Positions 8,491 through 17,859 are shown, counted from the whole stretch's first letter. The stretch is DNA of 63,865 nucleotides, filler included, from an uncultured Methanosarcinales archaeon (GCA_964472345.1; 4 parts of 4 records of this genome joined end to end with filler, not necessarily neighbours in it); one strand, 5' to 3'. The notes: generated from the letters alone by a model not told the origin. A program made the numbers and translations.

Positions 8491-11349
8491 TTATCTTATA
8501 GTAACTACTCTATAGGTGATGTGCGCAAGCTCGTCGTTGCTGGCCGTGATGCGGACGTCGTACTCGCCCGAGGCATCCTCCGGAACATCCAGCAGCACGT
8601 GGCGCGTGAGCTGATCATCTTCGTCGAGGTCAAACGGGCCGACGCTGCGCTGCTCGCCCCAGTCATGCACGGAGACGGTGAGCCGCACGTCCTCGAGATC
8701 GCGCTCGCCGTCGTTCTCAAGGTCGATGCTGATGTCGAGCGTTTCGCCGGGCGCAAGCTGCTCGCCTGCCGGGAACCGGATCTTGCCGAACAGCAGCGCA
8801 AAGCGCTCGCCGTCCTCATCCTCGATGTCCACGGGCTCGCCGCTCACGGTGATTGTGTAAAACTGCGAATCGCTGCCGCCGAAGTTGTCGCGCGCGGAAG
8901 CCTGCACCTGGTACGTGCCAGGCTCCTCAGGCGTCCAGGTGATGAAGCCTGTCTGGCCGTTGATTTCCATCCCTTCAGGAAAGGTGTCCAGGCGGAAGAT
9001 GATTATGTCTCCGACATCGGGGTCAAACGCATCAACATCATAGGTGTAGAGCTCACCGGTCTGCGCGATGGTGACGGGCGCCGAGGTGATGATTGGCGGA
9101 TTGTTCAGGCCATTCACATCGACGGTGTATGTCTGCGTGTCCGCGAGCTGCCCGTCAGTCACGGCAACGGTGACCGTGTGGAGCCCTTGCTGTCCGTCGA
9201 CCGGCACCCAGCTGATGATGCCGAGGAACGGATCAATAGTCATGCCCGCAGGTGCTGTCGGGAGCGAAAAGGTGAGTGCATCGCCGTCGATGTCGAATGC
9301 CTGCACATCATAAGTATATTCTTCGCCGACAAACGCTTTCAGCGGCGGATTGAAGCTGTCGATGCGCGGCGCGTCATTGACCGCGGTTACCGTGACGGTG
9401 AAGCTGTCCGTGGCGCTCAGGCCTGCCTGGTCGCGCACGCTGACGGTGATGACACACTGCCCGTTAAATGCAAGCTGCGGGCGGACGTCGATGTTCGCGT
9501 TCAGGTCCTGCGTGACGCCGCACTCATTGTCAGGCACGGTAAAGACGAGCGCCTGGCGGGGCGTTTCGAGGTCTGAGGCGAAGTTGCGCAGATTGAACGC
9601 GTCGAGCAGCCGCGTGCCTTCCGCGAGCGTGATATCAGGCAGTCCCGCAAGCGTCGGCGCGCTGTTTCCTGAGGCAACATTCACCGTCAGTGTGTCGTCT
9701 GCATCTGCTCCCGACGGATCGGTGACCGTGAATGTGATAGTTCTCGTTGCTGGCGCTGCAGGCGCGGTGAAGGTGACCATGTTGTCCGCGTTGATGCTTA
9801 CCGTGATGCTTCCCGTGCTGCCCGCCGTGATGACAAGCGTTGATTTTGCATCATCAGGATCGGCGATGAACTCATTGAAATCGATCGTTGTGGTGCTTCC
9901 GGCGCTCAGCGTGAGCGGATCAATGGCATCGAGGAAGATGCTCGGATCGCGGTTGTTCGCGCTGAGCTGGACGTTGACAAAGACATCCGCGAGGCCGACC
10001 TGCACCGTTCCCGTGAGCGTCTTGAAGCTCGGGTGCGTGACCATGAACATGTAGGTTCCCGGCGGGATGCTCTGGATCGTCGCTACGCCATTGGCACCGG
10101 TGGTGTTTGTGCTTCCGGAGAGGGTGACCGTCGCCCCGCTGATGGGGCTGTTGCCCTGGGTGGTGACGGTGAAAATCACGTCGCTCCTTTCCGGCGGAAG
10201 GACAAATGTCTCCAGCGTCAGCGTTTCCTCAAGGCTTGGAACAGCGCTGCAGAGGCTGCCCTCGCCCCTTCCGGTGACAAAAATGGTATGGAAGCCTTCC
10301 GTGGTTGGCGTGAAGGTGAATGACTCGACTGATGGCATGTCCGTGTCGCCCGCCGGCAAGGTGACCGTCTGCGTGAAGACGACCTGGCCGAAGGGATCGC
10401 TCTGCCCCCGCCTGACCGTGTAAGTCGCGCGCAGGGGTACCGCCGTCTTCACGAAGTTGTTGTCAGCGAAGTTGCTGATGCGCGTGTAGAATGCCGTGAG
10501 CGGCTCATTGACGATGGGGAACGGGTTGAAGGTGAGGAGATTGTTCAGCACCGCATAGCACTGGTTCTGCGGGCGCGCCTGCAGGACGGTGAACTCCTGC
10601 GAGACAGCAACCTGCTCTGAGGAAGCGCACTGGTCATCGACGACGTTGCTCGTGACCTCTGCGCGGTAGCCCGTGCCTTGCAGCGTGGGCGTCCAGGTGA
10701 ACAGCACCAGCTGCTCCTCATCCATGAAAATGTTCAGGTTTCTCGTCTCCTCATGGACCAGCATGCCCACGGGATCGAAGATGCGCAGCGTGACATCCGT
10801 GCGCGCCGAGTAGTATTCGTCCTTGAACGCCGGCGGCACGAAGAACGGCGGCGTCCCCACGTCGCGGAAAGCCGAGTGCGTCACCGCGTCGAGGAACGCG
10901 CGCAGGTTGATCTGGAGCGGCTCGTTCTGGAAGACGCTGTTGATCGCGAGGAAGTTGTCGACAGGAGCGCGGCAGACAGGGACTTTGGTGAGGGGAACAG
11001 TATAATGGAACGTGAAGCCCGTCCCGAAATCATCGGGGATAACCCCTTCCGTCGGCGCGTAGCCCGGGACGTAAAAGTATGCTGCGTAATCAGTCGGATT
11101 GGGCGTGCCGGGGAACTCGAACGTTACCGTATCGCTCGTGCCGCTGTTGCCTTGGAAGACAGGTGGCTCCAGCACAGAGAAGCACTGGCCATTGTTGTCT
11201 GTACAGGTGAAGATGACGGCCTCGGCTCCCGTCAGCGGAGTGCCTGTTCCCATCTCGGAAAAATGCGCGACTCCGATGTTTCCAGCGAAGACGGACGGCA
11301 GTGCAAGGAGCAGCGCCACCACCAGCGAGAGTGCTTTCATTTTTTTCAC
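8491..11349 (-). CDS. Large secreted adhesin-like protein with cadherin/He_PIG/tandem Ig-like repeats
   Basis: Signal peptide; VNDAPRI, YTYDVQAFDIDGDALTFSL..APAGMTID..GIISW repeated; carboxypeptidase-regulatory-like domain. Confidence 0.75.
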   Translation of the reverse strand: MKKMKALSLVVALLLALPSVFAGNIGVAHFSEMGTGTPLTGAEAVIFTCTDNNGQCFSVLEPPVFQGNSGTSDTVTFEFPGTPNPTDYAAYFYVPGYAPTEGVIPDDFGTGFTFHYTVPLTKVPVCRAPVDNFLAINSVFQNEPLQINLRAFLDAVTHSAFRDVGTPPFFVPPAFKDEYYSARTDVTLRIFDPVGMLVHEETRNLNIFMDEEQLVLFTWTPTLQGTGYRAEVTSNVVDDQCASSEQVAVSQEFTVLQARPQNQCYAVLNNLLTFNPFPIVNEPLTAFYTRISNFADNNFVKTAVPLRATYTVRRGQSDPFGQVVFTQTVTLPAGDTDMPSVESFTFTPTTEGFHTIFVTGRGEGSLCSAVPSLEETLTLETFVLPPERSDVIFTVTTQGNSPISGATVTLSGSTNTTGANGVATIQSIPPGTYMFMVTHPSFKTLTGTVQVGLADVFVNVQLSANNRDPSIFLDAIDPLTLSAGSTTTIDFNEFIADPDDAKSTLVITAGSTGSITVSINADNMVTFTAPAAPATRTITFTVTDPSGADADDTLTVNVASGNSAPTLAGLPDITLAEGTRLLDAFNLRNFASDLETPRQALVFTVPDNECGVTQDLNANIDVRPQLAFNGQCVITVSVRDQAGLSATDSFTVTVTAVNDAPRIDSFNPPLKAFVGEEYTYDVQAFDIDGDALTFSLPTAPAGMTIDPFLGIISWVPVDGQQGLHTVTVAVTDGQLADTQTYTVDVNGLNNPPIITSAPVTIAQTGELYTYDVDAFDPDVGDIIIFRLDTFPEGMEINGQTGFITWTPEEPGTYQVQASARDNFGGSDSQFYTITVSGEPVDIEDEDGERFALLFGKIRFPAGEQLAPGETLDISIDLENDGERDLEDVRLTVSVHDWGEQRSVGPFDLDEDDQLTRHVLLDVPEDASGEYDVRITASNDELAHITYRVVTIR

Positions 11350-11350
11350 C

Positions 11351-12826
11351 TTAAGGTATCACAAATGCAGGGGCGAACGCTGCCGCGGCTTGGCCGCCCG
11401 ATGCTGCTCCTGATGGCGCGAGAGCCGATGCCGCTGCTCCGCCGGCCGCCGCGGTGGCGATGCCTGCGACAAGCCCGCCGACGCTTGCTGCCGAAAGGAG
11501 TGTATGGACCCAAATTGCTGTCTGCTCGCCCTTTGCACGCCAGTTGACCTGGTCATCCGTTGCGCCTTCTTCAAGCGCCTTGACGAGTTTGAGCAACTCC
11601 ATTGGGTTAGCTGCGTTGACTCCCATATATCCCTTTGCTTGTCCGATGCTCAGGAGCTTGCTGAATGGAAGAATATTCCACCACTTCATCAGGCCAGGCT
11701 CCGGAGCGAGCGCGAAGACATCCTGCTCCTCCAAGTCTAAATACCGGAACACTGCATCAGCAACATCCGGAGTAACTCGGCCATTATCTCTCAAAAGCCG
11801 GACTTCATTCCGTAGACCTGCCGTTGACCTGCGGATATCGTAATCAGTGCCATCGGGATCAATGCGAACCTTATACCGGCCGTCCTTCAAAAACTCCTTC
11901 GCCTTCTCCATGGGATCATAACCCACAATAGCACGATGGAGCATGTTATAGATGCCACGCTGGGATTGCTCCTCATACGGGATGTTGCGGCCGATCGCAT
12001 CGAACATCCGAATCATCCTTGCAAGGACTGTCCCTTGTCTATTAAAATCCTCAAGAAGGGTGTTCAGGTAGGCTTTTGCTCCATGCTGTTCATCGGTTTC
12101 ACCATCCTTTTTCGCAAGGGCGGCTCGAAGTGACCCTATATTTTTCTCTATTCCACCCTCACCATTATTACCACTGGAGTAACCGACAAGCGCAAGTTTG
12201 TCGTGGAGCCGCGCCATCGCCCGTCGTGCACTCGCTGCAATAGAGGTATCATAGCTGCGCTCAGCGTCGTTCTTGTGCGCACCTTTTGTTATCTGCCATG
12301 CATAATCAGCGATGAGATGCGGAAGCGCGTTGCAGCCACCACCATCAGTATTTTCAACGAGCGCGTGCATCTCGGCCTGAGCACCCGCGAGCCGCTCGAG
12401 CGTGCTCTTATCATCTGAGCTTAGGTCAAGCGCATTTGCTTGTGAGAGGTCGTATCGTATTTGAAGGGCATCGGGTACCTCTGTCGCTTGTCCCATCCCC
12501 GCAGATACGTCGGTGAGCGTTCGGGCGTCATCAGAGGAAGCGACGGCCTCAAGGTAACTGGGATTGACATCACCAAGGCGAAGGGGTCCTGCACAGCCTG
12601 CTAAATATACTGCTCCGCCGAGTGCTGCTGCTACCGCTGCGTTAAATTCTCTGCGTGTTATTCCTGCTTGTGATGATCCCGCAGAGGCATCCCCACTAGC
12701 AACATAAAGTGCTTGAGCAGGCACTTCAGGAGGCGAAAAATAAGATCTAATCAACCCAAAAAGCCCTTGCCGTGTGTGACCTTCAGTCATGATGGTTTCC
12801 TCCCAAAGACAAACTCTTCTGCTCAC
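11351..12826 (-). CDS. Hypothetical lipoprotein with twin-arginine-like signal
   Basis: ITRREF...AVYLAGC; long ORF; Gly/Ala-rich hydrophobic C-terminus. Confidence 0.55.
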   Translation of the reverse strand: MSRRVCLWEETIMTEGHTRQGLFGLIRSYFSPPEVPAQALYVASGDASAGSSQAGITRREFNAAVAAALGGAVYLAGCAGPLRLGDVNPSYLEAVASSDDARTLTDVSAGMGQATEVPDALQIRYDLSQANALDLSSDDKSTLERLAGAQAEMHALVENTDGGGCNALPHLIADYAWQITKGAHKNDAERSYDTSIAASARRAMARLHDKLALVGYSSGNNGEGGIEKNIGSLRAALAKKDGETDEQHGAKAYLNTLLEDFNRQGTVLARMIRMFDAIGRNIPYEEQSQRGIYNMLHRAIVGYDPMEKAKEFLKDGRYKVRIDPDGTDYDIRRSTAGLRNEVRLLRDNGRVTPDVADAVFRYLDLEEQDVFALAPEPGLMKWWNILPFSKLLSIGQAKGYMGVNAANPMELLKLVKALEEGATDDQVNWRAKGEQTAIWVHTLLSAASVGGLVAGIATAAAGGAAASALAPSGAASGGQAAAAFAPAFVIP

Positions 12827-13110
12827 CCACCCCTTGCTCCTGCCCCGAGTCGCTCCTTCTATTTAAACCTTTCGCATTTGTATCTATCTTATAATAGTGA
12901 CATTATGTAAATAACAGAGAATGGTGACTACGATGGCCTTGCATGAGGTGCCACGCGCGCATGCGTCCCGCACTGTTTCATTTCCAGCCAGCACCCAACC
13001 CACAAGGCGCCGCTCCCGATGCCGGCTCCCGCGATGCCGCGCACCCGTCGTTTCCGCTTCCGTTAACCCCTGCGCTCCCAGGCATCACCGCTCCGCAAAA
13101 AACAAAAGGA

Positions 13111-13230
13111 TGGGGACGCTGCGATTCGAACGCAGATTGGCCGGTATCAACCGCAAGTCTTGTCATCGGCACGCGCCTCATCGCTCCACGACTGGAGCCG
13201 GCCGTACTGGCCAGGTTATACTACGTCCCC
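13111..13230 (-). tRNA. tRNA-Trp(CCA) with 46-nt intron at 37/38 (13146-13191)
   Basis: Acceptor GGGGACG/CGTCCCC-A; anticodon stem GCCGG/CCGGC with CT-CCA-G; T arm CTGCG-TTCGAAT-CGCAG; mature length 74 nt. Confidence 0.92.
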
Positions 13231-13253
13231 ACAGGCAGCAAGAGCGGCAGGCG

Positions 13254-13268
13254 GTTTAAAAACGTTTC
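13254..13268 (-). promoter_or_regulatory. BRE/TATA promoter of tRNA-Trp
   Basis: Minus strand GAAACGTTTTTAAAC ending about 24 nt upstream of the tRNA 5' end. Confidence 0.65.
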
Positions 13269-13276
13269 TTGCTTGT

Positions 13277-13409
13277 GGCGTTATTGAAAAGTTCGCCAAG
13301 GCGGCCAGTGAGCGCTGGCGTAATCAGGATGCCTGCCAGGCTCTAGCTCGACTCGAGTCCGAAGGACAATCAGGTCGAGCGTAGCGAACGGGAACTTTTC
13401 AATAACGCC
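13277..13409. mobile_element. MITE-like non-autonomous element, copy 2 (133 bp)
   Basis: 18-bp perfect TIR GGCGTTATTGAAAAGTTC/GAACTTTTCAATAACGCC; 8-bp TSD TTGCTTGT (13269-13276, 13410-13417). Confidence 0.88.
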
Positions 13410-13624
13410 TTGCTTGTGCGCTGCAGGAGTTTAAGGAGCTCTCTCACCGCATCATAGCCGAGCGAAATTTTCGCTCCCGCCGTTTCCGGAAGCAGGGGAA
13501 GATGCTCCGAGGAAAAGCGCTTGTTTGCCGAGGTCTTTTCGAGCGATTGCGCAAGCTCGATGTCGGGAGTAACCGGTTTTGCCTGTCCGGTTTCCGTGCA
13601 CATGCGCCAATCCATCAGCCCCAC
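13370..13624 (-). pseudogene. Truncated HEPN-like partner of the upstream nucleotidyltransferase
   Basis: N-terminus MDWRMC...PDIELAQSL...LGYDAVRELL resembles archaeal HEPN-type partners; reading frame runs into the MITE. Confidence 0.5.
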
Positions 13625-14130
13625 CTCCGTGATCCCATGAGCAGGGATCCATTGAGGATGTTGTTGCGGAGATGGATGTTTTTGATGTGTTGGAACGAGG
13701 GAAACCAGTGCAGGTTCACCCGGCGCCGCAGCGTTGCTTCGTACGGCTTCAGGTCGAACGGCTTTTTTTGCGGAGTGATGAGCGCAATGTCAATATCTGA
13801 TTTCTCGGCGATTTCTGCCTTCGCGGCGGAGCCGAAGAGGATCACGGTTGGCTGTGCGAACCTCTTCTGGAGCGCTGCGGTTAGCGGCCCGAGCCTCTTT
13901 CTCCAGTAGATGCAGCATAGATCCTTTGCGTCGTCAGTTTCATTGTTTACAGAAAACAGCAGCCTGCCGTAGCGCTGCTCCCTGTGGAGGAGACCTGCCT
14001 TGTGGTATGCGTTGAGCATGCGGGAAGCAGTCGGAGGGCTCACGCCGATCAGCCTTGCATACTCGCGGACGCCGATGCGGCGGGAGCAGTCCTCGAACCA
14101 CGGAGAAAGACTGTTTATTATTTTTAACAT
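13615..14130 (-). CDS. HTH-fused minimal nucleotidyltransferase (MNT antitoxin-like)
   Basis: N-terminal HTH (VREYARLIGVSPPTAS); VILFGSAAK...SDIDIA. Confidence 0.85.
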   Translation of the reverse strand: MLKIINSLSPWFEDCSRRIGVREYARLIGVSPPTASRMLNAYHKAGLLHREQRYGRLLFSVNNETDDAKDLCCIYWRKRLGPLTAALQKRFAQPTVILFGSAAKAEIAEKSDIDIALITPQKKPFDLKPYEATLRRRVNLHWFPSFQHIKNIHLRNNILNGSLLMGSRRWG

Positions 14131-14157
14131 ATGTTATATAAATTTAACACTTGTTAA
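14125..14157. promoter_or_regulatory. Two palindromic operator-like sites over the MNT start and promoter
   Basis: TAACATATGTTA (14125-14136) and TTAACA-CT-TGTTAA (14144-14157). Confidence 0.5.
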
Positions 14158-14205
14158 TAAATATTTCCAAACTGCAGGCAGGGATACCCTGACGGACGTT
14201 CGCCG

Positions 14206-14370
14206 CTATGGCTTCCATCTCCGCTGCAGCCCTTTCCCGATGCGCCCATACTCTGTCTCGCCGCGGAGTGCGCCAAAGAAGCGGAAGAGTTCGCTGCCGC
14301 TTTTCCGGTCGCGCGTATGCTCCCGCTGCCTCTTCATAAGTATCCTGTCCATGACCAATCTATAGTGCAT
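14206..14370 (-). CDS. Short ORF (54 aa), possible orphan VapB-like antitoxin remnant
   Basis: MHYRLVMDRIL...ELFRFFGALRGE...; TATA-like sequence upstream. Confidence 0.3.
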   Translation of the reverse strand: MHYRLVMDRILMKRQREHTRDRKSGSELFRFFGALRGETEYGRIGKGLQRRWKP

Positions 14371-14464
14371 AATGGTATAAATATCTTGCGCACGTGCTCG
14401 CTAGGGCGTCGTCTTCTTCGCATGCAGAGCCACCTTTATTAACACCCATGCAGTTTCCCCGACC

Positions 14465-15550
14465 ATGCTCGAGCTCGACGGCAGCCACGGCGAGGGCGGC
14501 GGCCAGATCATCCGCACCGCATTGGCATTAAGCACGCTCACCGGCAGGCCGTTCCGCGTCACCAACATCAGGAAGAACAGGCCGCAGCCGGGGCTGAAGG
14601 CGCAGCATCTCACGGCGCTCACCGCGTTAAAGGAATGGTGCGGTGCGAAGAGCAGCGGCGTTGCCGTCGGCACGGAGGAGTTCTGGTACGAGCCGGGAGC
14701 GATCCGCGGCGGGCGCTTCTCGTTTGACGTCGGCACCGCAGGGAGCATCACGCTCGTCCTGCAGGCATTGCTGCTTCCTGCCCTGTTCGCCCCGAAAAAA
14801 ACAGCCATCACGCTCACGGGAGGGACCTGCGGCAAGTGGCAGGCGCCGGTCGAGTATTTCCAGAACGTCCTGCTGCCGCACCTGCAGCGGTTCGCTTCCG
14901 TCGGGTGCAGGCTGCTGAAGCGCGGCTATTATCCGAAAGGCGGCGGGCAGGTTGTCGTTGAAGTCACGCCGCGGCTGCCGCTGAAGGATTTTGAGTCATT
15001 TGAGGCGTTCGCAGGGCAGCTGGGAAAAACAACGCGGCCGTTCGGCCTGAACACGCAGGGCGGGCTGATGCAGCTCAAGGGCATATCACACGCATCACGT
15101 GACCTTGCCTCGGCGAAGGTTGCGGAGCGCCAGGCAGGCGCCGCACGTTTGGAGCTGATGAAACTGAAGGCACCCGTCGATGTTGTCTCGGAGTACGATG
15201 AGGCGCCGAGCATTGGCAGCGGCATCACGCTCTGGGCGCGCTTCAACAGGGACGATGAGTTCCACACCATCCTCGGAGCGGATGTGCTGGGCGAGCGGGG
15301 GAAACGGGCGGAAGACGTCGGAAAAGAAGCAGCCGCGGCCCTGCTCCGCACCATCGATTCCGGCGCAGCCGTTGATGCGCATCTCGCTGATCAGCTCCTG
15401 CCGTTCATGGCGCTGCTGCCGGGGAGCGTCCTCTCCGCAGAAGAGATCACGGAGCACTGCCGCACGAACCTATGGGTGATCGGGCAGTTCCTGCCGGTGA
15501 GGTTTCTCGTTGAAGGGACGACGGTTTCCGTCAAAGCCGCTCACGAGTGA
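14465..15550 (+). CDS. rtcA: RNA 3'-terminal phosphate cyclase
   Basis: LDGSHGEGGGQIIRTAL, RPQPGLKAQHL, GYYPKGGG, VDAHLADQL. Confidence 0.95.
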   Translation: MLELDGSHGEGGGQIIRTALALSTLTGRPFRVTNIRKNRPQPGLKAQHLTALTALKEWCGAKSSGVAVGTEEFWYEPGAIRGGRFSFDVGTAGSITLVLQALLLPALFAPKKTAITLTGGTCGKWQAPVEYFQNVLLPHLQRFASVGCRLLKRGYYPKGGGQVVVEVTPRLPLKDFESFEAFAGQLGKTTRPFGLNTQGGLMQLKGISHASRDLASAKVAERQAGAARLELMKLKAPVDVVSEYDEAPSIGSGITLWARFNRDDEFHTILGADVLGERGKRAEDVGKEAAAALLRTIDSGAAVDAHLADQLLPFMALLPGSVLSAEEITEHCRTNLWVIGQFLPVRFLVEGTTVSVKAAHE

Positions 15551-15682
15551 AGATGTGACGAAGCGCGCGGTTCGCCGGGCCGCTCGCGCCTCAAATCGCA
15601 CCCCTACGTGGACGGTGCCCGGACACAGCACGCCCGGAACACGACAACAAGTTTTATAAACACCCTTCCAAACCCGCGCGGC

Positions 15683-15856
15683 ATGATTGGCGAACATGTC
15701 TGCAACTCCTGCAAGAAGAAGATCTCGAACATCCCGAGCAGCACCAGGTTTCTCTGCCCGTCCTGCACCAAGCACGAGATTGTGCGCTGCGGCAGCTGCC
15801 GGAAGCTCGCGGCGAAATATGTCTGCCCCGGATGCGCGTTTGAAGGCCCTCACTGA
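15683..15856 (+). CDS. Zn-ribbon RNA-binding protein (DUF1610/HVO_2753-like)
   Basis: Four CxxC motifs, FLCPSC, ends FEGP; conserved position before EF-1beta. Confidence 0.85.
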   Translation: MIGEHVCNSCKKKISNIPSSTRFLCPSCTKHEIVRCGSCRKLAAKYVCPGCAFEGPH

Positions 15857-15858
15857 CG

Positions 15859-16137
15859 ATGGCAAACGTCATTCTCACGCTGACCATCATGCCCGATTCT
15901 CCCGAGGCGGATCTTGCGGCGATCGAGGCGCAGGCAAGAAAGGCAATTGCAGCGTTCGCTGGCAGGGGCGAGTGCCGGGCGGAGCAGAAGCCGGTTGCCT
16001 TCGGGCTGCGCTCAGTCAATCTGATGTTTGTGCTCGACGAGGCAAAAGGCGGCACCGAGGAGCTGGAGAAGCAGATCGCCGCGCTGCCGCAGGTGAGCTC
16101 GGTTGAGGTCACGGATGTGCGGAGAGCGATTGGGTAA
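15859..16137 (+). CDS. ef1b: Translation elongation factor 1-beta
   Basis: IMPDSPEADL, PVAFGL, VEVTDVRR. Confidence 0.93.
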   Translation: MANVILTLTIMPDSPEADLAAIEAQARKAIAAFAGRGECRAEQKPVAFGLRSVNLMFVLDEAKGGTEELEKQIAALPQVSSVEVTDVRRAIG

Positions 16138-17212
16138 TCTCTTCCGGGGACGCATCCGTTTTCACCGCGTGCGCTGAGAAGTGCGTCGGGAGCGCGAGGG
16201 AGCCATTGTTCCTGAGCTTTCTTAGTGCATCTTCCGTTTTTGGTATCGCTTCTTTTGTTTTCTTGGAGAGCGTATGCAGGTCATAGAAGCCGGGGATGTT
16301 GTGCTGGGATTCTTCTCCGACGATGGAAAGGAAGTTCCTGGTTTCTTCGCTGTTGCTGTTGTCGAGCATCGTGCTGGTGAGGCGCCGGTCGAACAGGGAG
16401 CCATCCCACAATGGGCCCGCTGTTTGGATGGTGCGGTGGGCGCATAGTGGCTGCGTGCCGTGCGCGGTGCAGGTGCTGCAGTAATAAAAGAGGCGGTGCT
16501 GCCTGAGCAGCTGGTCGCATGCCGCCTTGCTCTTTATGCTGTGGAAGAAGACGCGGTAATAGTGGTCCCTGGCATAGCTGAAGATGGGAGTGAGCGCTTT
16601 CTCATACTGCGCTGCGACAAGCTGCACCTTGCGGATGAGAATTCTCAAGCCGACCTCGTGCATGAGCTCGTTCCGCAATGGTGTCGCCCAGTATTTCCGC
16701 ATGCAGGCTTTGGGCGCGGTCCCTGCCAGCGCGGCGGTGTCAGTCGCGGTTATGGCGAGGATGCCGTGGCGGGCGATGCGCTTGAGCGCAGCATCGAGGA
16801 AGGGGTTTGGGCTTCCGAACGGGTCAATGTCGATGTAGTCGAAGCCGTCGCTTTCGAGCAGGAAAAGGCTCGCGTCCCTGGTGATTAGCGAGATGCGCCG
16901 GTCGTTCGCGAGGTTGTTCTGCTGGATGCTCTTTTTGATCGCGGCAAGAGCAGCAGGGCTGTAGTCGTTGATGGCAATGGCTTTTATCTTGCGCCGCGGC
17001 AGCTCCTTGAGGAAGCGGATGGAGCGCACCCCGGATCCTGCGAGGGGGTCGGCGATGCTGAGCCCGCTCCGCCTGAGGCTGCCGAGCAGGATGACACTGA
17101 TGTCCCGGTTGAATTTCATGGCGGGATTGTAGAAGACGGGGAGCTTGCTGCTGAGAGGGCCTGCTGATGCAGTAATCGCAGCGCTGCCTTCGGTGATGGT
17201 TTGTTTCTTCAT
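16109..17212 (-). CDS. trm1: tRNA (guanine26-N2)-dimethyltransferase
   Basis: VFYNPAMKFNRD, SGVRSIR, IDIDPFGSP, TATDTAAL. Confidence 0.93.
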   Translation of the reverse strand: MKKQTITEGSAAITASAGPLSSKLPVFYNPAMKFNRDISVILLGSLRRSGLSIADPLAGSGVRSIRFLKELPRRKIKAIAINDYSPAALAAIKKSIQQNNLANDRRISLITRDASLFLLESDGFDYIDIDPFGSPNPFLDAALKRIARHGILAITATDTAALAGTAPKACMRKYWATPLRNELMHEVGLRILIRKVQLVAAQYEKALTPIFSYARDHYYRVFFHSIKSKAACDQLLRQHRLFYYCSTCTAHGTQPLCAHRTIQTAGPLWDGSLFDRRLTSTMLDNSNSEETRNFLSIVGEESQHNIPGFYDLHTLSKKTKEAIPKTEDALRKLRNNGSLALPTHFSAHAVKTDASPEEITQSLSAHP

Positions 17213-17859
17213 CTGCCTCGGAAGGTGCTTCGGCCTAATAAAGCTCTCTTAAATTTATGGGTATCTCACTACCACTGTTTCTCGAAAACAATGGTAGTGA
17301 AACACCACTGTTTTAAGCATAAGCGGCTTATCAGCTTTGACATTCCACAAACGCCGATCTGCGGGAAGCCTGTCCTTGCCGCACTTTAGGGGGTAACCAG
17401 ATGCGAAGTTTGCAACAGCCTCAGGCGCCCCTCTCACAACCGTTATGCTCATTTCCCCCTGCTGGAAGCACGAAGAGCTGCAACATCATGCGCACCAATC
17501 AGCAGCCACATACCCAATATCGGGCAGCTTTTCAAGCTTCTTTTTGCTCGAAAATGAAGAATTAATCTTTTCCTTCAGCTCGGAAGCGCATCTGCCCGCT
17601 GAGGCATTAAATATTGGCTGCGCTTCCTTGCCCATGGCAGATGGCAAAGATGGTGCCGTGCAGTACGGTTTGTCCATACACAATAAATATATATTAGTGG
17701 GTATTGGTATAGCTTATGGTATATTGGTTTAGGCAACCGTTGGTGCACGTTCCATGAGCACAGCAAAGCTACTAACGAGTGGTGAAATAATGGAAAGATT
17801 TATAAAGAGGTGCTACTAGATGGGGGTTACATTAGGAGTGTTGGGGAGGTGGGTGTGAG

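Noticed and set aside
17255..17766. Several 60-95 aa ORFs between trm1 and the 684-aa gene
   Set aside because: Overlapping, with no recognisable motifs or consistent start signals; cannot be supported
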